From assembly GCA_964622585.1 (NCBI GenBank), contig CAZUQT010000002.1:1-56649 (forward strand): a DNA stretch of 56,649 nucleotides, in the 5' to 3' direction. Both the position numbers and the translations under genes were made by a program. Each line of letters starts with the position of its first letter. Position 1 is the stretch's first letter. The notes below the pieces were generated by a model. That model searched no databases. It was not told the origin of the DNA and saw only the letters and a list, made by a program, of their open reading frames with translations. The DNA is from an uncultured Elusimicrobiaceae bacterium. Its GTDB lineage: Bacteria; Elusimicrobiota; Elusimicrobia; Elusimicrobiales; UBA9959. Of the stretch, positions 9,564 to 18,647 are shown in pieces.

Positions 9564-10118
9564 ATGCCTATGCACGAATCCCGCTTTCTCAAGCTCGCCG
9601 CGGAGCGCCGCAGCATCCGCAAATACAGGAACACGCCCGTGGAAAGGGCGAAGCTGGACCTCTGCCTCGAGGCCGCGCGGCTCGCTCCCTCAGCCTGCAA
9701 TGCCCAGCCCTATAAATTCGTGGTCATAGACGAGCCGGCGCTGAAGGAGAAATTCTGCGCCGCGGCCTTCAGCGGGGTCTACGCCGCCTGTAAATTCGCC
9801 GCCGCTGCGCCCGCCCTCGTCGCCGTGGTTTCCGGCAAAGGCAAAGTAAGCGCCTGGCTGGGGAACCAGGTGCAGGACACGAATTTCCGCCTCATGGATA
9901 TCGGCATAGCCGCCGAACATTTCGTCCTCGCGGCGGCGGAGCAGGGCCTCGGGACCTGCTGGCTCGGCTGGTTCAGCGCCAAAGGGGCTGCCAAGGCCCT
10001 CGGGCTGGGCTCGGGAAAGAAGATAGAGATCCTGCTGTCGGTCGGCTACCCGGACGAAGCCCCCGCCCCGAGGCCGAGAAAGAAAAAAGAGGAGTTCTGT
10101 TCCTATAATAAAATATGA
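9564..10118 (+). CDS. nitroreductase family protein
   Basis: RRSIRKY motif at the N-terminus, SACNAQPYKF, and a size (184 aa) typical of NADH/FMN nitroreductases. Confidence 0.88.
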   Translation: MPMHESRFLKLAAERRSIRKYRNTPVERAKLDLCLEAARLAPSACNAQPYKFVVIDEPALKEKFCAAAFSGVYAACKFAAAAPALVAVVSGKGKVSAWLGNQVQDTNFRLMDIGIAAEHFVLAAAEQGLGTCWLGWFSAKGAAKALGLGSGKKIEILLSVGYPDEAPAPRPRKKKEEFCSYNKI

Positions 10119-10468
10119 AAAGAAATTTTATCATCCTCGCTCTGCTTCTGGCCTGCCCGCCCGCTTTCGCCGAAACCGACTGCTCGAAAACCCAGGACGC
10201 CTGCGCTGCCGGGAATAAAAAAATGTCGCCCTTCGTCGCGGCCTCGCTCCGGGAAAGCTCTCCTCCCCATATCGAGGCCGCTGCAAAAAAAAACTCCCCC
10301 CCCGCCGTCGCTGCCTCCTCCGCCGCAATTATTCCGGTTACGGCCGGAATCCCCGTGGAGCCCGGCGGCCGGCTTTCCAGCCCCGCCTGGCTTTTCCTCG
10401 TTATCGCCGGGTTTACCGGGCTTTATTTTTACCTCCGCGAGGGGTCTAAAAAAAGGAAACGCAAGTGA
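10115..10468 (+). CDS. small secreted protein with a C-terminal TM helix and a basic tail
   Basis: Signal peptide MKRNFIILALLLACPPAFA. The C-terminus is ...VEPGGRLSSPAWLFLVIAGFTGLYFYLREGSKKRKRK. ATGA overlap with the upstream gene. Confidence 0.5.
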   Translation: MKRNFIILALLLACPPAFAETDCSKTQDACAAGNKKMSPFVAASLRESSPPHIEAAAKKNSPPAVAASSAAIIPVTAGIPVEPGGRLSSPAWLFLVIAGFTGLYFYLREGSKKRKRK

Positions 10469-11145
10469 CCCTGGATTACGGAGATTTTACAAAGGCGTCG
10501 AATATCATCCATTGGCTCCAGGGCGGCGCCCTGCTGACCCTCGGAGCCGCCGAAGCCTGGTCCCTGGATAATAAAGGGAAGACGCTCGCGCAGGCCGCTT
10601 CGCTGGTCCTGGCGGCCTTCGGCGCGGCCATGCTGGTAACCGTGCTTGCTCTTCCCGGCGGCTGGAGCCTGGAGCAAATGTCCCTGGCCCTGCAGACGCG
10701 CCGCGGCTTTCACCTCTTCATAGCTTTCGCCTGTCTCTTTTGCGCGGCCGGCCTCAGCCGGTTCATGTATGAATCTTTCGGGCGCGGCGCCTGGCGCGCG
10801 GTTTTTTTATTCCTGCTCGCTCTGACGGGGACGCTTTACTTCGCTATGGCCTGGCGCGTTAACGAGGAGGCCTGGCGCCAGGTCCTGGTCTGGCATTCGG
10901 CTATCGGCTTTACCCTTCTCCTGGCCGTGGCCGTTAAGACCGTGGACGTCTTCGTCGGCCGCCGCGCTCTGCACCTGGCCTGGGCGGTGCTGCTCCTGAT
11001 GGCGGGCCTCCAGCTTGTCACTTACAGGGAAGCTTCCGAAGCTTTCGCGCCCCACCTGGTCACTTTGGAAAGCGCTCCTGTCGTTCCCGCCCCGGCCGCT
11101 CTTAAAAATGAAAAAATTACTGATAAAAAACGGCCTGGCAATTGA
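10465..11145 (+). CDS. hypothetical polytopic membrane protein
   Basis: 226 aa with about 6 hydrophobic helices. Start/stop overlap with neighbours. No family recognised. Confidence 0.5.
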   Translation: MTLDYGDFTKASNIIHWLQGGALLTLGAAEAWSLDNKGKTLAQAASLVLAAFGAAMLVTVLALPGGWSLEQMSLALQTRRGFHLFIAFACLFCAAGLSRFMYESFGRGAWRAVFLFLLALTGTLYFAMAWRVNEEAWRQVLVWHSAIGFTLLLAVAVKTVDVFVGRRALHLAWAVLLLMAGLQLVTYREASEAFAPHLVTLESAPVVPAPAALKNEKITDKKRPGN

Positions 11146-12394
11146 TCCTGTCTCGGGAGAGGCTTCCGTCGATATTCTTATAGAGGGCGGCCGGATAAGC
11201 CGCGTTGCCCGGGCGATCAAGCCTCCTCCCTCCTGTGAAGTCCTGGACGCCGCCGGCTTATGGATCTTCCCGGGTTTTATAGACGTCCATGTGCACGCCA
11301 GGGAGCCCGGAGCCGAGGCGGCCGAAACGCTGGAAAGCGCCGCGCTCTCCGCCGCAGCCGGAGGCGTGACCTCCGCCCTCCTGATGCCTAACACTTTCCC
11401 GGCGATGGCCACGGCCGCGCTGGTGAAGAAATACCGCCGCCGCGCCGCGAAGCTCCCGGTCAATTTTTATTTTTCCGCCGCCGCCACCGCCGGCCGGTCC
11501 GGAAAAACCGTCTCTAACCTCGCCGCTCTTAAAAAAGCCGGCGCGGCCGCATTTACGGACGACGGCTCCTGCCTGCCGCGCGGCCTTCTCTCCGAGCTTC
11601 TTAAAAAGGCCGCCGCGCTCCGTCTGCCGCTCATGGACCACCCCGAGGATTTTTCCCTGGCCGGCGGCGGCGTTATTAACTCCGGCCCCGCGGCGCGCAG
11701 GCTTAATTTACCGGGCATCCCGCCGGAAGCGGAACTCCTGGCCGTGCTTGCGGATATTCTCGCCGCCTCCTCGGCCGGGCCGATACATTTACAGCATCTT
11801 AGCCTCGCTTCTTCCGTCGCCGCCCTGCGCGCGGCAAAAAAAGTCGGTTGGCCGGTTACCGGGGAAACCTGTCCCCATTATTTCACGCTTTCCGACGCGG
11901 ATATAAAAAAAGACGACGCTGATTATAAAATGAAGCCGCCGCTGCGCTCCCCCGCGGACCGCCGCGCCGTGCTCGCCGCCCTGGCGGACGGAACAATAGA
12001 CCTTATCGCTACCGACCACGCCCCTCATGAAGCCAGGCTCAAAGCCAATGGTTTCAAAGGCTCTCCTTTCGGCATTATCGGCCTTGAAACTCTGGCGCCG
12101 CTCTGCGTAACGGAGCTGGTCCTTAAAAAAATAATTAATAAAAAGCGCCTGGCGGAACTTCTTTGCCTGAACCCCGCGCGAGTTCTCGGCCTTAAGAACA
12201 AAGGCCGCATCGCCTCCGGCTACGACGCGGACCTTTCCCTATTGGACCCGCGGCGGCTAAAGCGCGTTCCTCAAGTCTTTGTGTCTAAATCCTCTAATTC
12301 CCCTTTCTCGGGGAGACCTTTGCGCGGCTGGCCTGCGGCGACCATAGCTGCCGGTAATATTATTTTTCGCAGCACCTGCCTGCGGGAAAATTAA
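11108..12394 (+). CDS. pyrC: dihydroorotase
   Basis: MKKLLIKNGLAIDP..., metal ligands DVHVHAREPG and TDHAPH. The ATG at 11108 is preferred over the ORF-track start at 11015, whose extension has no dihydroorotase-like sequence. Confidence 0.9.
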   Translation: MKKLLIKNGLAIDPVSGEASVDILIEGGRISRVARAIKPPPSCEVLDAAGLWIFPGFIDVHVHAREPGAEAAETLESAALSAAAGGVTSALLMPNTFPAMATAALVKKYRRRAAKLPVNFYFSAAATAGRSGKTVSNLAALKKAGAAAFTDDGSCLPRGLLSELLKKAAALRLPLMDHPEDFSLAGGGVINSGPAARRLNLPGIPPEAELLAVLADILAASSAGPIHLQHLSLASSVAALRAAKKVGWPVTGETCPHYFTLSDADIKKDDADYKMKPPLRSPADRRAVLAALADGTIDLIATDHAPHEARLKANGFKGSPFGIIGLETLAPLCVTELVLKKIINKKRLAELLCLNPARVLGLKNKGRIASGYDADLSLLDPRRLKRVPQVFVSKSSNSPFSGRPLRGWPAATIAAGNIIFRSTCLREN

Positions 12395-12748
12395 ATCGCT
12401 TTATAATAAATTCTACTAATAGGGGGCTGCCTCTCTGCTTTAAACCGTCTTTTTTAATGCTCTTTAAATCTGTTAATAACCCCGCAAACCATGTCAGTAC
12501 TCTTCCTTTTTGTCAGGACTGTCAGTGAATTCGGATAGGCTGTTGATAACTTCTTCTTATGATTTGAGCCTGATTCACATTATTAACAGCCCCTCTTATA
12601 GATGACTATGATGATGAAATTAGATACTACTCTAGCAACCCGGAAGGGAAACTTTTAAAAACCCGGGTCTTTTCCTTCTATTAAAGACCGGATAAGCCGG
12701 TACGATTAAAAGATATCTGGAAGAGACGCTTTTTCCATACCCCATTAT

Positions 12749-12757
12749 TGCTAAAAT
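12749..12757 (+). promoter_or_regulatory. extended -10 (TGCTAAAAT), 12 nt upstream of the pyrD ATG
   Basis: Same 12-mer as upstream of mutL. There is no SD sequence before pyrD. Confidence 0.4.
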
Positions 12758-12769
12758 AAATACACAACT

Positions 12770-13810
12770 ATGGGCTTCTTATACCGGAAATTCGTCCGCC
12801 AGCTTCTCTTCAACCTCAATCCTGAAGTAGTGCATGACGCGGTAATAAAAACGGCCCGCGCGGCGCAGCGCGTGGAATTTGTGAATTCCATGGTAAAGCT
12901 GCTGACAAAGGCCAAAGATTTCCCTCTAACGGTAGCAGGCTTGAAATTTCACAATCCGGTGGGGCTGGCCGCCGGCTTCGACAAGAACTGCGAGGCCGCG
13001 CGCTTCCTGGCCGGGCTGGGCTTCGGCTTTCTGGAATTAGGCACTGTAACTCTCCGGCCGCAGCCGGGAAACCCGAAGCCGCGCCTGTTCCGCCTGCGTG
13101 ACGATCACGCTATTATCAACCGCATGGGCTTCAATAATGCCGGCGCCTTCGACGCCGCCCGCTCGCTCGAGCGCCTGCTCCCGCTGCCCGTGCCGGTGGG
13201 GATAAGCGTTGGAAAGAACGCCGACTGCTCAATAGATGAAGCCCCGAAGAACTATCTTGAGACCTTGAAGATAATGTACGACTACGGGGATTATTTCGCG
13301 GTGAATATAAGTTCCCCTAACACGCTACAGCTCCGTTCACTGCACGGAGCGGATAAATTAAAGCGCCTGGTGGAGCCGATGCTCGATTTCGCTTCCGGGC
13401 AGAAAAAAGTAAAACCTTTCTTCGTGAAGATAGCGCCGGACCTGGAAGATGCCGACCTGGAGTCCGCCGCCGCCCTGGCCCAGGAGAAAAATTTCGGCCT
13501 GATCGCCACCAATACCACGGTGAACCGCTCCTCGGTCCCGGCTTATTGGCAGTCCTACGAGGGAGGCTTGAGCGGGAAGCCTCTTCGCGCTTTATCCAAC
13601 GCGATGCTCTCTAAAACGGCGGCGCTGGTAAAAGGAAAAGTTCCTCTTATCGGTTCCGGCGGGATCTTCGACGGGGCGACGGCCCTGGAAAAACTGAATT
13701 TGGGCGCGGACCTGGTGCAGGTCTATTCCGGCCTCGTTTATGAAGGTCCTTTCCTTGTAAAAGAGATCCTTGAATACCTCGAAAAGAAGAATTGGCAGCC
13801 GCGCGGGTAG
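12770..13810 (+). CDS. pyrD: dihydroorotate dehydrogenase, quinone-dependent (class 2) type
   Basis: N-terminal class-2 extension (FVRQLLFNLNPEVVHD), GLAAGFDKN, NRMGFNN, ISSPNT and GSGGI motifs. Confidence 0.92.
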   Translation: MGFLYRKFVRQLLFNLNPEVVHDAVIKTARAAQRVEFVNSMVKLLTKAKDFPLTVAGLKFHNPVGLAAGFDKNCEAARFLAGLGFGFLELGTVTLRPQPGNPKPRLFRLRDDHAIINRMGFNNAGAFDAARSLERLLPLPVPVGISVGKNADCSIDEAPKNYLETLKIMYDYGDYFAVNISSPNTLQLRSLHGADKLKRLVEPMLDFASGQKKVKPFFVKIAPDLEDADLESAAALAQEKNFGLIATNTTVNRSSVPAYWQSYEGGLSGKPLRALSNAMLSKTAALVKGKVPLIGSGGIFDGATALEKLNLGADLVQVYSGLVYEGPFLVKEILEYLEKKNWQPRG

Positions 13811-13870
13811 GATCCGGAGAAGCTTCCGGGCTTTTCACGGAGAAGACAAAAAATCGGCGGGGGGGCAGCC

Positions 13871-14728
13871 ATGACCATACTTAAATTCCCTAAATTATTC
13901 CGCCGTATTTACGACAATCAGCGGATCGCGGTCGCCCTGGCTAAAGCCGCGGCGGCGGCGCCCCTGCGCCGCATAGACGAGACCGATCCCCTGAGCTGGG
14001 AGTTTTCGGCTTTCAGCCAGAACGGGGAAGACGGGATCATTGATTTTCTTACCCGGAAGCTTGTTTCCCCGAACCGCTACTTTATAGAAATAGGGGCCTG
14101 CGACGGAATAGAGAACAATACGGCCTGGCTCGCCATCGCGCGCAAATATAATGGCCTTATGATAGAAGGCGACCAGGCCGTCAGCGCGCAGGCGAAAAAG
14201 GTCATAAAGAAATATTCCCTTGGAGTAGAGTGCTTAAGCCTTTTCGTCGACAGCGAGAATATCTCGGCCCTGGCCGGGAAAGCTTTCTATAAAGACCCTG
14301 ACGTTTTCTCCCTTGATATAGACGGGATGGATTACTATGTGGCCGAAGCGGTCTTGTCCCAGGGCTTTAAACCTAAGATATTAGTGGTCGAATATAACTC
14401 CGTGTTCGGCCCGGACAGGGCTGTCACCGTGCCCTACCGCAAAGACTTCAGCCACGCCAAGGCGCATCCTTCCGAGCTCTATTTCGGCGTCTCCGTGGAA
14501 GGCTGGCGGAAAGCGCTCGCGAAATACGGCTACCAGTTCCTGACGGTGGACAGCAACGGGGTCAACGCTTTCTTTATAGACCCCGCGGCCTTCCCGAAAG
14601 ACTTCCTCCTGAAGATGAAAGGGAAAGCCTACGCGCAGAATATCTCCCAGCTCCAGAAATTCCGCGGAACCTGGGAAAACCAGTTCTCGGAGATCCGCAG
14701 CCTCCCTTTGATAGACATCCCCGGTTAG
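13871..14728 (+). CDS. FkbM-like SAM-dependent methyltransferase-fold protein (function unknown)
   Basis: SQNGEDGII motif followed by YFIEIGACDGIENNT (a glycine-rich SAM loop analogue) and DIDGMDYYV. Located inside the pyr cluster. Confidence 0.55.
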   Translation: MTILKFPKLFRRIYDNQRIAVALAKAAAAAPLRRIDETDPLSWEFSAFSQNGEDGIIDFLTRKLVSPNRYFIEIGACDGIENNTAWLAIARKYNGLMIEGDQAVSAQAKKVIKKYSLGVECLSLFVDSENISALAGKAFYKDPDVFSLDIDGMDYYVAEAVLSQGFKPKILVVEYNSVFGPDRAVTVPYRKDFSHAKAHPSELYFGVSVEGWRKALAKYGYQFLTVDSNGVNAFFIDPAAFPKDFLLKMKGKAYAQNISQLQKFRGTWENQFSEIRSLPLIDIPG

Positions 14729-14818
14729 CTCCGCGGGAACCGGCGCCGCCTCCCCCGCAGGCCAAAACCAGCCGGGCGGATTTTATATATAATTTAGCCG
14801 GCGCTTCCCGCGCCGACT

Positions 14819-15496
14819 ATGCATAAAACCGAACTTATTGTCGCCATAGACACCGATACTCTTAAGTCCGCCGAGCACCTTATTGAAAAGCTCGAGGGCC
14901 AGGTAAAATATTTCAAGATCGGCTCCGTGCTCTTTACGGCAGCCGGGCCCGCCGCCGTCGACCTGGTGCATAAGCACGGCGGCAAGGTCTTCCTCGACCT
15001 GAAGTTCCACGATATTCCGAATACCGTGAAGCATGCCGTAAAGAACGCGGCCGCCATGGGCGTTTACTCCGTCTCCCTGCACCTCTCCGGCGGCGCCGAG
15101 ATGCTTAAGGCCTGCGTCGAGCTTGAAAAGCGCCCTAAGCTGTGGGGCATAAGCGTTCTTACCAGCTTCGACGAATATAATCTTTTCCGCTCCGGTTTCC
15201 GCGGCGGAATCGACAAGACGGTAAAGCTTCTTGCTAATCTAGGCCTGGCGAACGGCGCCGACGGCGTAGTCTGCTCGCCGCTCGAGGCGGCCAGGTTCAG
15301 GAGCCTGTTCGAGGGAAAGCTTAAATTCATTACCCCGGGCATCAGGCCCGCTTCGCTCGGGGACGACCAAAAGCGCGCCGTCACCCCGGCCGCGGCCCGC
15401 GCCGCCGGCTCCGACTTCATCGTTGTTGGCCGGCCTATTATTGCCGCCAAAGATCCGGCCGCGGCCGCCGCCGACATACTCAAGGACCTTAAATAA
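14819..15496 (+). CDS. pyrF: orotidine-5'-phosphate decarboxylase
   Basis: LIVAIDTD, FLDLKFHDIPNTV and VVGRPI motifs. Confidence 0.93.
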   Translation: MHKTELIVAIDTDTLKSAEHLIEKLEGQVKYFKIGSVLFTAAGPAAVDLVHKHGGKVFLDLKFHDIPNTVKHAVKNAAAMGVYSVSLHLSGGAEMLKACVELEKRPKLWGISVLTSFDEYNLFRSGFRGGIDKTVKLLANLGLANGADGVVCSPLEAARFRSLFEGKLKFITPGIRPASLGDDQKRAVTPAAARAAGSDFIVVGRPIIAAKDPAAAAADILKDLK

Positions 15497-16068
15497 TGGA
15501 TGATGCTGAACTGAAGGCTTACCTCACCACCTCCGGCGCTTTCCTCGAAGGACATTTTCTTCTTTCTTCCGGCCTGCACAGCCCGAATTACGTGCAGTGC
15601 GCCCAGGCCCTTAAGAATCCGGTCTGGGCGGAAAAAATGGGCGCGGCGCTGGTCGCCGCCTGGAAAGGCCCCAAGCCCGACCTCATTCTCTCCCCGGCTA
15701 TGGGCGGGCTGTTCATAGGCCACGAAGCGGCCAGGGCTTTCGGCGTGGATTTCATCTTTACCGAGCGTGAAAATAATATCATGACTTTACGCCGCGGTTT
15801 TTCCCTGCCAAAGGGCACGCGCTTGATAATAGTCGAAGACGTTTTCACTACAGGAAAGTCCACGCTTGAGACAGCCGCCGTAGTTTCTTCTTACGGCGCA
15901 GAGACCATCGGGGCTATGTCGGTCATAAACCGCATGGGCGGAAAAACCCTGCCTTTTCCTTCTTTAAGCCTTCTTAAACTCGACCTGACCGCCTACCAGC
16001 CGGCTGACTGCCCTCTTTGCCGGGCGGGGGTCCCGGTAGTAAAGCCCGGCTCCAGGAAATTCCCGTGA
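15496..16068 (+). CDS. pyrE: orotate phosphoribosyltransferase
   Basis: TAATG overlap with pyrF. PRPP loop IIVEDVFTTGKS. Confidence 0.93.
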   Translation: MDDAELKAYLTTSGAFLEGHFLLSSGLHSPNYVQCAQALKNPVWAEKMGAALVAAWKGPKPDLILSPAMGGLFIGHEAARAFGVDFIFTERENNIMTLRRGFSLPKGTRLIIVEDVFTTGKSTLETAAVVSSYGAETIGAMSVINRMGGKTLPFPSLSLLKLDLTAYQPADCPLCRAGVPVVKPGSRKFP

Positions 16069-16871
16069 CAAAACTCCTCGCCGCGCTCCTGGTCTTTTCC
16101 AGCCTGGCCGCGGCGAGCGCGGAGAATTTTAACAAAGATAACCGGGAATTCTATTCCAAGAACGGTATTTATACTCTTAAGGCCGGTTATTCGGCTCAGG
16201 GCGGCGGCGGACGCGCCAGGCTGGAACTTCACGGGGCGGGCGGCAAGAAGATCTCGGTTTTCGAGACCGAGCGGGCGCCGTTCACCGTGACAATTTCCGG
16301 TGACGGGCAGCGGCTTTTCTTTTTTTGCGGAGCCTGGGGGCAGAGCGTAACCATTTACACCCTTAACGTCCACAGCGCTTCGGGCGAACTCCTGGCCGGC
16401 CACCAGGTCCAGATGCAGGGCCCGGCCGGGGAGGATTTTTCCGAAGACTTCTCCGTTTACGCGCTCGGCGCCGACCAGGGCTCAGCCTGGTCTATCCTTG
16501 TCCTGAACGCCGAAACCGGCGAACTCCTGTGGCGTAAAAAATTCAAAGAGAAGCTCGCGGGGCTTAAACTTTCGGGTTCGGGCGAAAGGCTGCTGGCCCT
16601 TTTTATCACCGGGGAGAGCGGCCGCCGCGCCGTCGTTTTCGATAAAGAAGGCAAAGAGCTCTGGAGCAAGGCGCTCGCGACCGGAAACAATCTGGTCCCG
16701 AAGTTTTTCAGCGGCGACGGTTCCGAGCTGGAGATAGTGGAGAGCCGGATGGTTTATGACGAGAAGGACGGCTACTGGCACGACAAGGTCCTGAAGAAGC
16801 ACGCCTACCGCTTCTCGCCGGACGGAGAAGAAGAGGCGGGCGCCGGAGCCGGCGTTAAAAAACCTAAATAA
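16065..16871 (+). CDS. secreted hypothetical protein (repetitive beta-rich)
   Basis: GTGA overlap with the pyrE stop; the signal peptide VTKLLAALLVFSSLAAASA begins at 16065. No family recognised. Confidence 0.55.
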   Translation: MTKLLAALLVFSSLAAASAENFNKDNREFYSKNGIYTLKAGYSAQGGGGRARLELHGAGGKKISVFETERAPFTVTISGDGQRLFFFCGAWGQSVTIYTLNVHSASGELLAGHQVQMQGPAGEDFSEDFSVYALGADQGSAWSILVLNAETGELLWRKKFKEKLAGLKLSGSGERLLALFITGESGRRAVVFDKEGKELWSKALATGNNLVPKFFSGDGSELEIVESRMVYDEKDGYWHDKVLKKHAYRFSPDGEEEAGAGAGVKKPK

Positions 16872-16872
16872 A

Positions 16873-16890
16873 CCTCCCGGGCCCGGGAGG
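16873..16890. terminator. palindromic hairpin between convergent genes
   Basis: CCTCCCGGGCCCGGGAGG. The T-rich run is on the minus-strand side only. Confidence 0.45.
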
Positions 16891-16892
16891 AT

Positions 16893-17576
16893 TCAGACCA
16901 GGAAACTGAGTTTATCTAAAAATAAAAGCGCGCCCGCGGCGGCGAGCAGGCAGCCCGCGGCTATTTCCACATAGCGCATCGCGGATTTGAAGCGCGCGAT
17001 CAGGGTAAAGAATTTAGCCGCGAGCAGGGCGGCCAGCAGAAGCGGCAGCGCCATCCCGGCGGAATAAACCAGAAGCAGCGAGATCCCTTTGGCCGCGGTC
17101 CCGGAGACCGCCGCCATGCCGAGGATCACGGCGAGAATGGGGCCTATGCAGGGCGACCAGCCGAGCGCGAAAGCGAAGCCCATCAGGAAGGAGCCGAGCG
17201 GGCCCTGCACCAGGCCGCGCGTTGAAAAGTGCTTGTCGTAATTCAGGATATTGAGGTTGAAGAGGCCCGCCATATGCGCGCCCATCAGGACCATCACCAC
17301 GCCGAAGATCTTTATCAGGGTTTCTTTGTGCGAGGCCAGAAGGTCTCCAAGGGTGGAGGCCGCGGCTCCCATCAAGGCGAAAGCAAGAGTGAAACCGGCT
17401 ATGAAAATAGCGGCGTTCCCCACTACTTTCCTCGTAACCACTTTCGCGTCGCCTTTCACTATCTCCGAGGCGGAGAAGCCGGAAAGCATCGAAAGGTAGG
17501 CCGGCAGCAGCGGAAGTATGCACGGCGAGAAGAAAGACATAAGGCCGGCCCCGAAAGCCGCGATATACTGGGCCAT
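16893..17576 (-). CDS. ccdA: cytochrome c biogenesis / thiol-disulfide transporter CcdA (DsbD family)
   Basis: FFSPCILPLLPAYL and GWSPCIGPIL cysteine motifs in a 6-TM protein. Confidence 0.9.
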   Translation of the reverse strand: MAQYIAAFGAGLMSFFSPCILPLLPAYLSMLSGFSASEIVKGDAKVVTRKVVGNAAIFIAGFTLAFALMGAAASTLGDLLASHKETLIKIFGVVMVLMGAHMAGLFNLNILNYDKHFSTRGLVQGPLGSFLMGFAFALGWSPCIGPILAVILGMAAVSGTAAKGISLLLVYSAGMALPLLLAALLAAKFFTLIARFKSAMRYVEIAAGCLLAAAGALLFLDKLSFLV

Positions 17577-17577
17577 A

Positions 17578-18024
17578 TTAAATCCCTTTTTTCCCGGCGG
17601 GCGCGCTTTTCAGCTCCAGCTTGAAGATATCCAGGCCGCCCCACGGTCCGTTCTGCAGGTGGAAAACCACCGTTATTTTTTTGCCGGCCTCGTCTTTGAA
17701 ATTGGCCGAGACCGTCCTCCCGCCGTTTTCCGCAGCCAGGGCCTTTGGATCGATGGAAGCGAGCTCAAGCCTGTAGATCTTTTTGGAGGCTTTGTCTTCG
17801 ATGAGGAAGGCCCCTTTAAGCTGCATGTCCTTGCGGATATAATCCGTCACGAAGGCCGCCAGGTCCTCGTCGCTCTGCTGGATCAGCGCCAGGTCCTCGT
17901 CCTCGTCGCCGCTCCTGACGGTCTCGGTGGAGGCCGCCGCTTCCGTCAGCCCTTCGTCCTCGAAAGCCGCAGCCGCGGGACCCGCGAAGCACAGCGCAAG
18001 CGCCGCTAAAATAAAAAATTTCAT
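17578..18024 (-). CDS. secreted hypothetical protein
   Basis: The ATG at 18024 gives the signal peptide MKFFILAALALCFAGPAAA and an ATGA overlap with the kdsC stop. No family recognised. Confidence 0.55.
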   Translation of the reverse strand: MKFFILAALALCFAGPAAAAFEDEGLTEAAASTETVRSGDEDEDLALIQQSDEDLAAFVTDYIRKDMQLKGAFLIEDKASKKIYRLELASIDPKALAAENGGRTVSANFKDEAGKKITVVFHLQNGPWGGLDIFKLELKSAPAGKKGI

Positions 18025-18647
18025 TTCTTCCCCCCGGTCTTTGAAAACCTGACTATTTTCATCGGGCTTTTTTTGATCTGCGGCCAATGGGCGGTCTCTA
18101 CATAGCTCATCACGGTCTTCCAGTGCCCCTGGCTCTTAAGGATGAAATCGCAGGCTTCGCGCACCGCGCCCAGTCCGCCTTCTTTCTTCGTCACCAAATG
18201 CGAAGCGGCTTTAACTTCGTCCAGGGCGTTCGCCGGCGCGCAGGCCAGCCCGGCTTTTTTCAGCACGGGGATATCGGTCCAGTCGTCGCCCATATAAGCG
18301 ACGTTCTCGGGCTTGAGGCCGGTGGCGGCCAGGATCTGCATAAGAGGTTCCAGCTTCGAGAGGAAGCCCTGGTAGGCGTAGGTCATGCCCAGGCCGCGGG
18401 CCCGCTCCTCGGTGCCAGGCGATTCGCGGCCGGTTATCACGCCGGTGGCGACGCCGAACTGGTTTAAAAGCCGCAGGCCGATCCCGTCGAGAGAATGGAA
18501 GGCCTTGATCTCCACCATTTCGGCGCCCTTGCCGGGGATATAGTACATCTTTCCGTCGGTGAGGACCCCGTCCACGTCCATCAGGAAGATCTTTATTTTT
18601 TTCGCGCGCGCGGAATTGTTTTTCAGGCTCATAGTTTCATTATCCAT
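18021..18647 (-). CDS. kdsC: 3-deoxy-D-manno-octulosonate 8-phosphate phosphatase (HAD-IIIA, KdsC-like)
   Basis: FLMDVDGVLTDG nucleophile motif and YMGDDWTDIPVLKKAGLACAPANA. Confidence 0.82.
   Translation of the reverse strand: MDNETMSLKNNSARAKKIKIFLMDVDGVLTDGKMYYIPGKGAEMVEIKAFHSLDGIGLRLLNQFGVATGVITGRESPGTEERARGLGMTYAYQGFLSKLEPLMQILAATGLKPENVAYMGDDWTDIPVLKKAGLACAPANALDEVKAASHLVTKKEGGLGAVREACDFILKSQGHWKTVMSYVETAHWPQIKKSPMKIVRFSKTGGKK

Noticed and set aside
12421-12440. PyrR-type binding loop in the pyrC-pyrD spacer (minus-strand GCAGAGAGGCAGCC resembles the PyrR motif CCAGAGAGGCU)
   Set aside because: The match is on the strand opposite to the pyr genes, is imperfect, lacks the associated antiterminator/terminator architecture, and no pyrR gene is seen.
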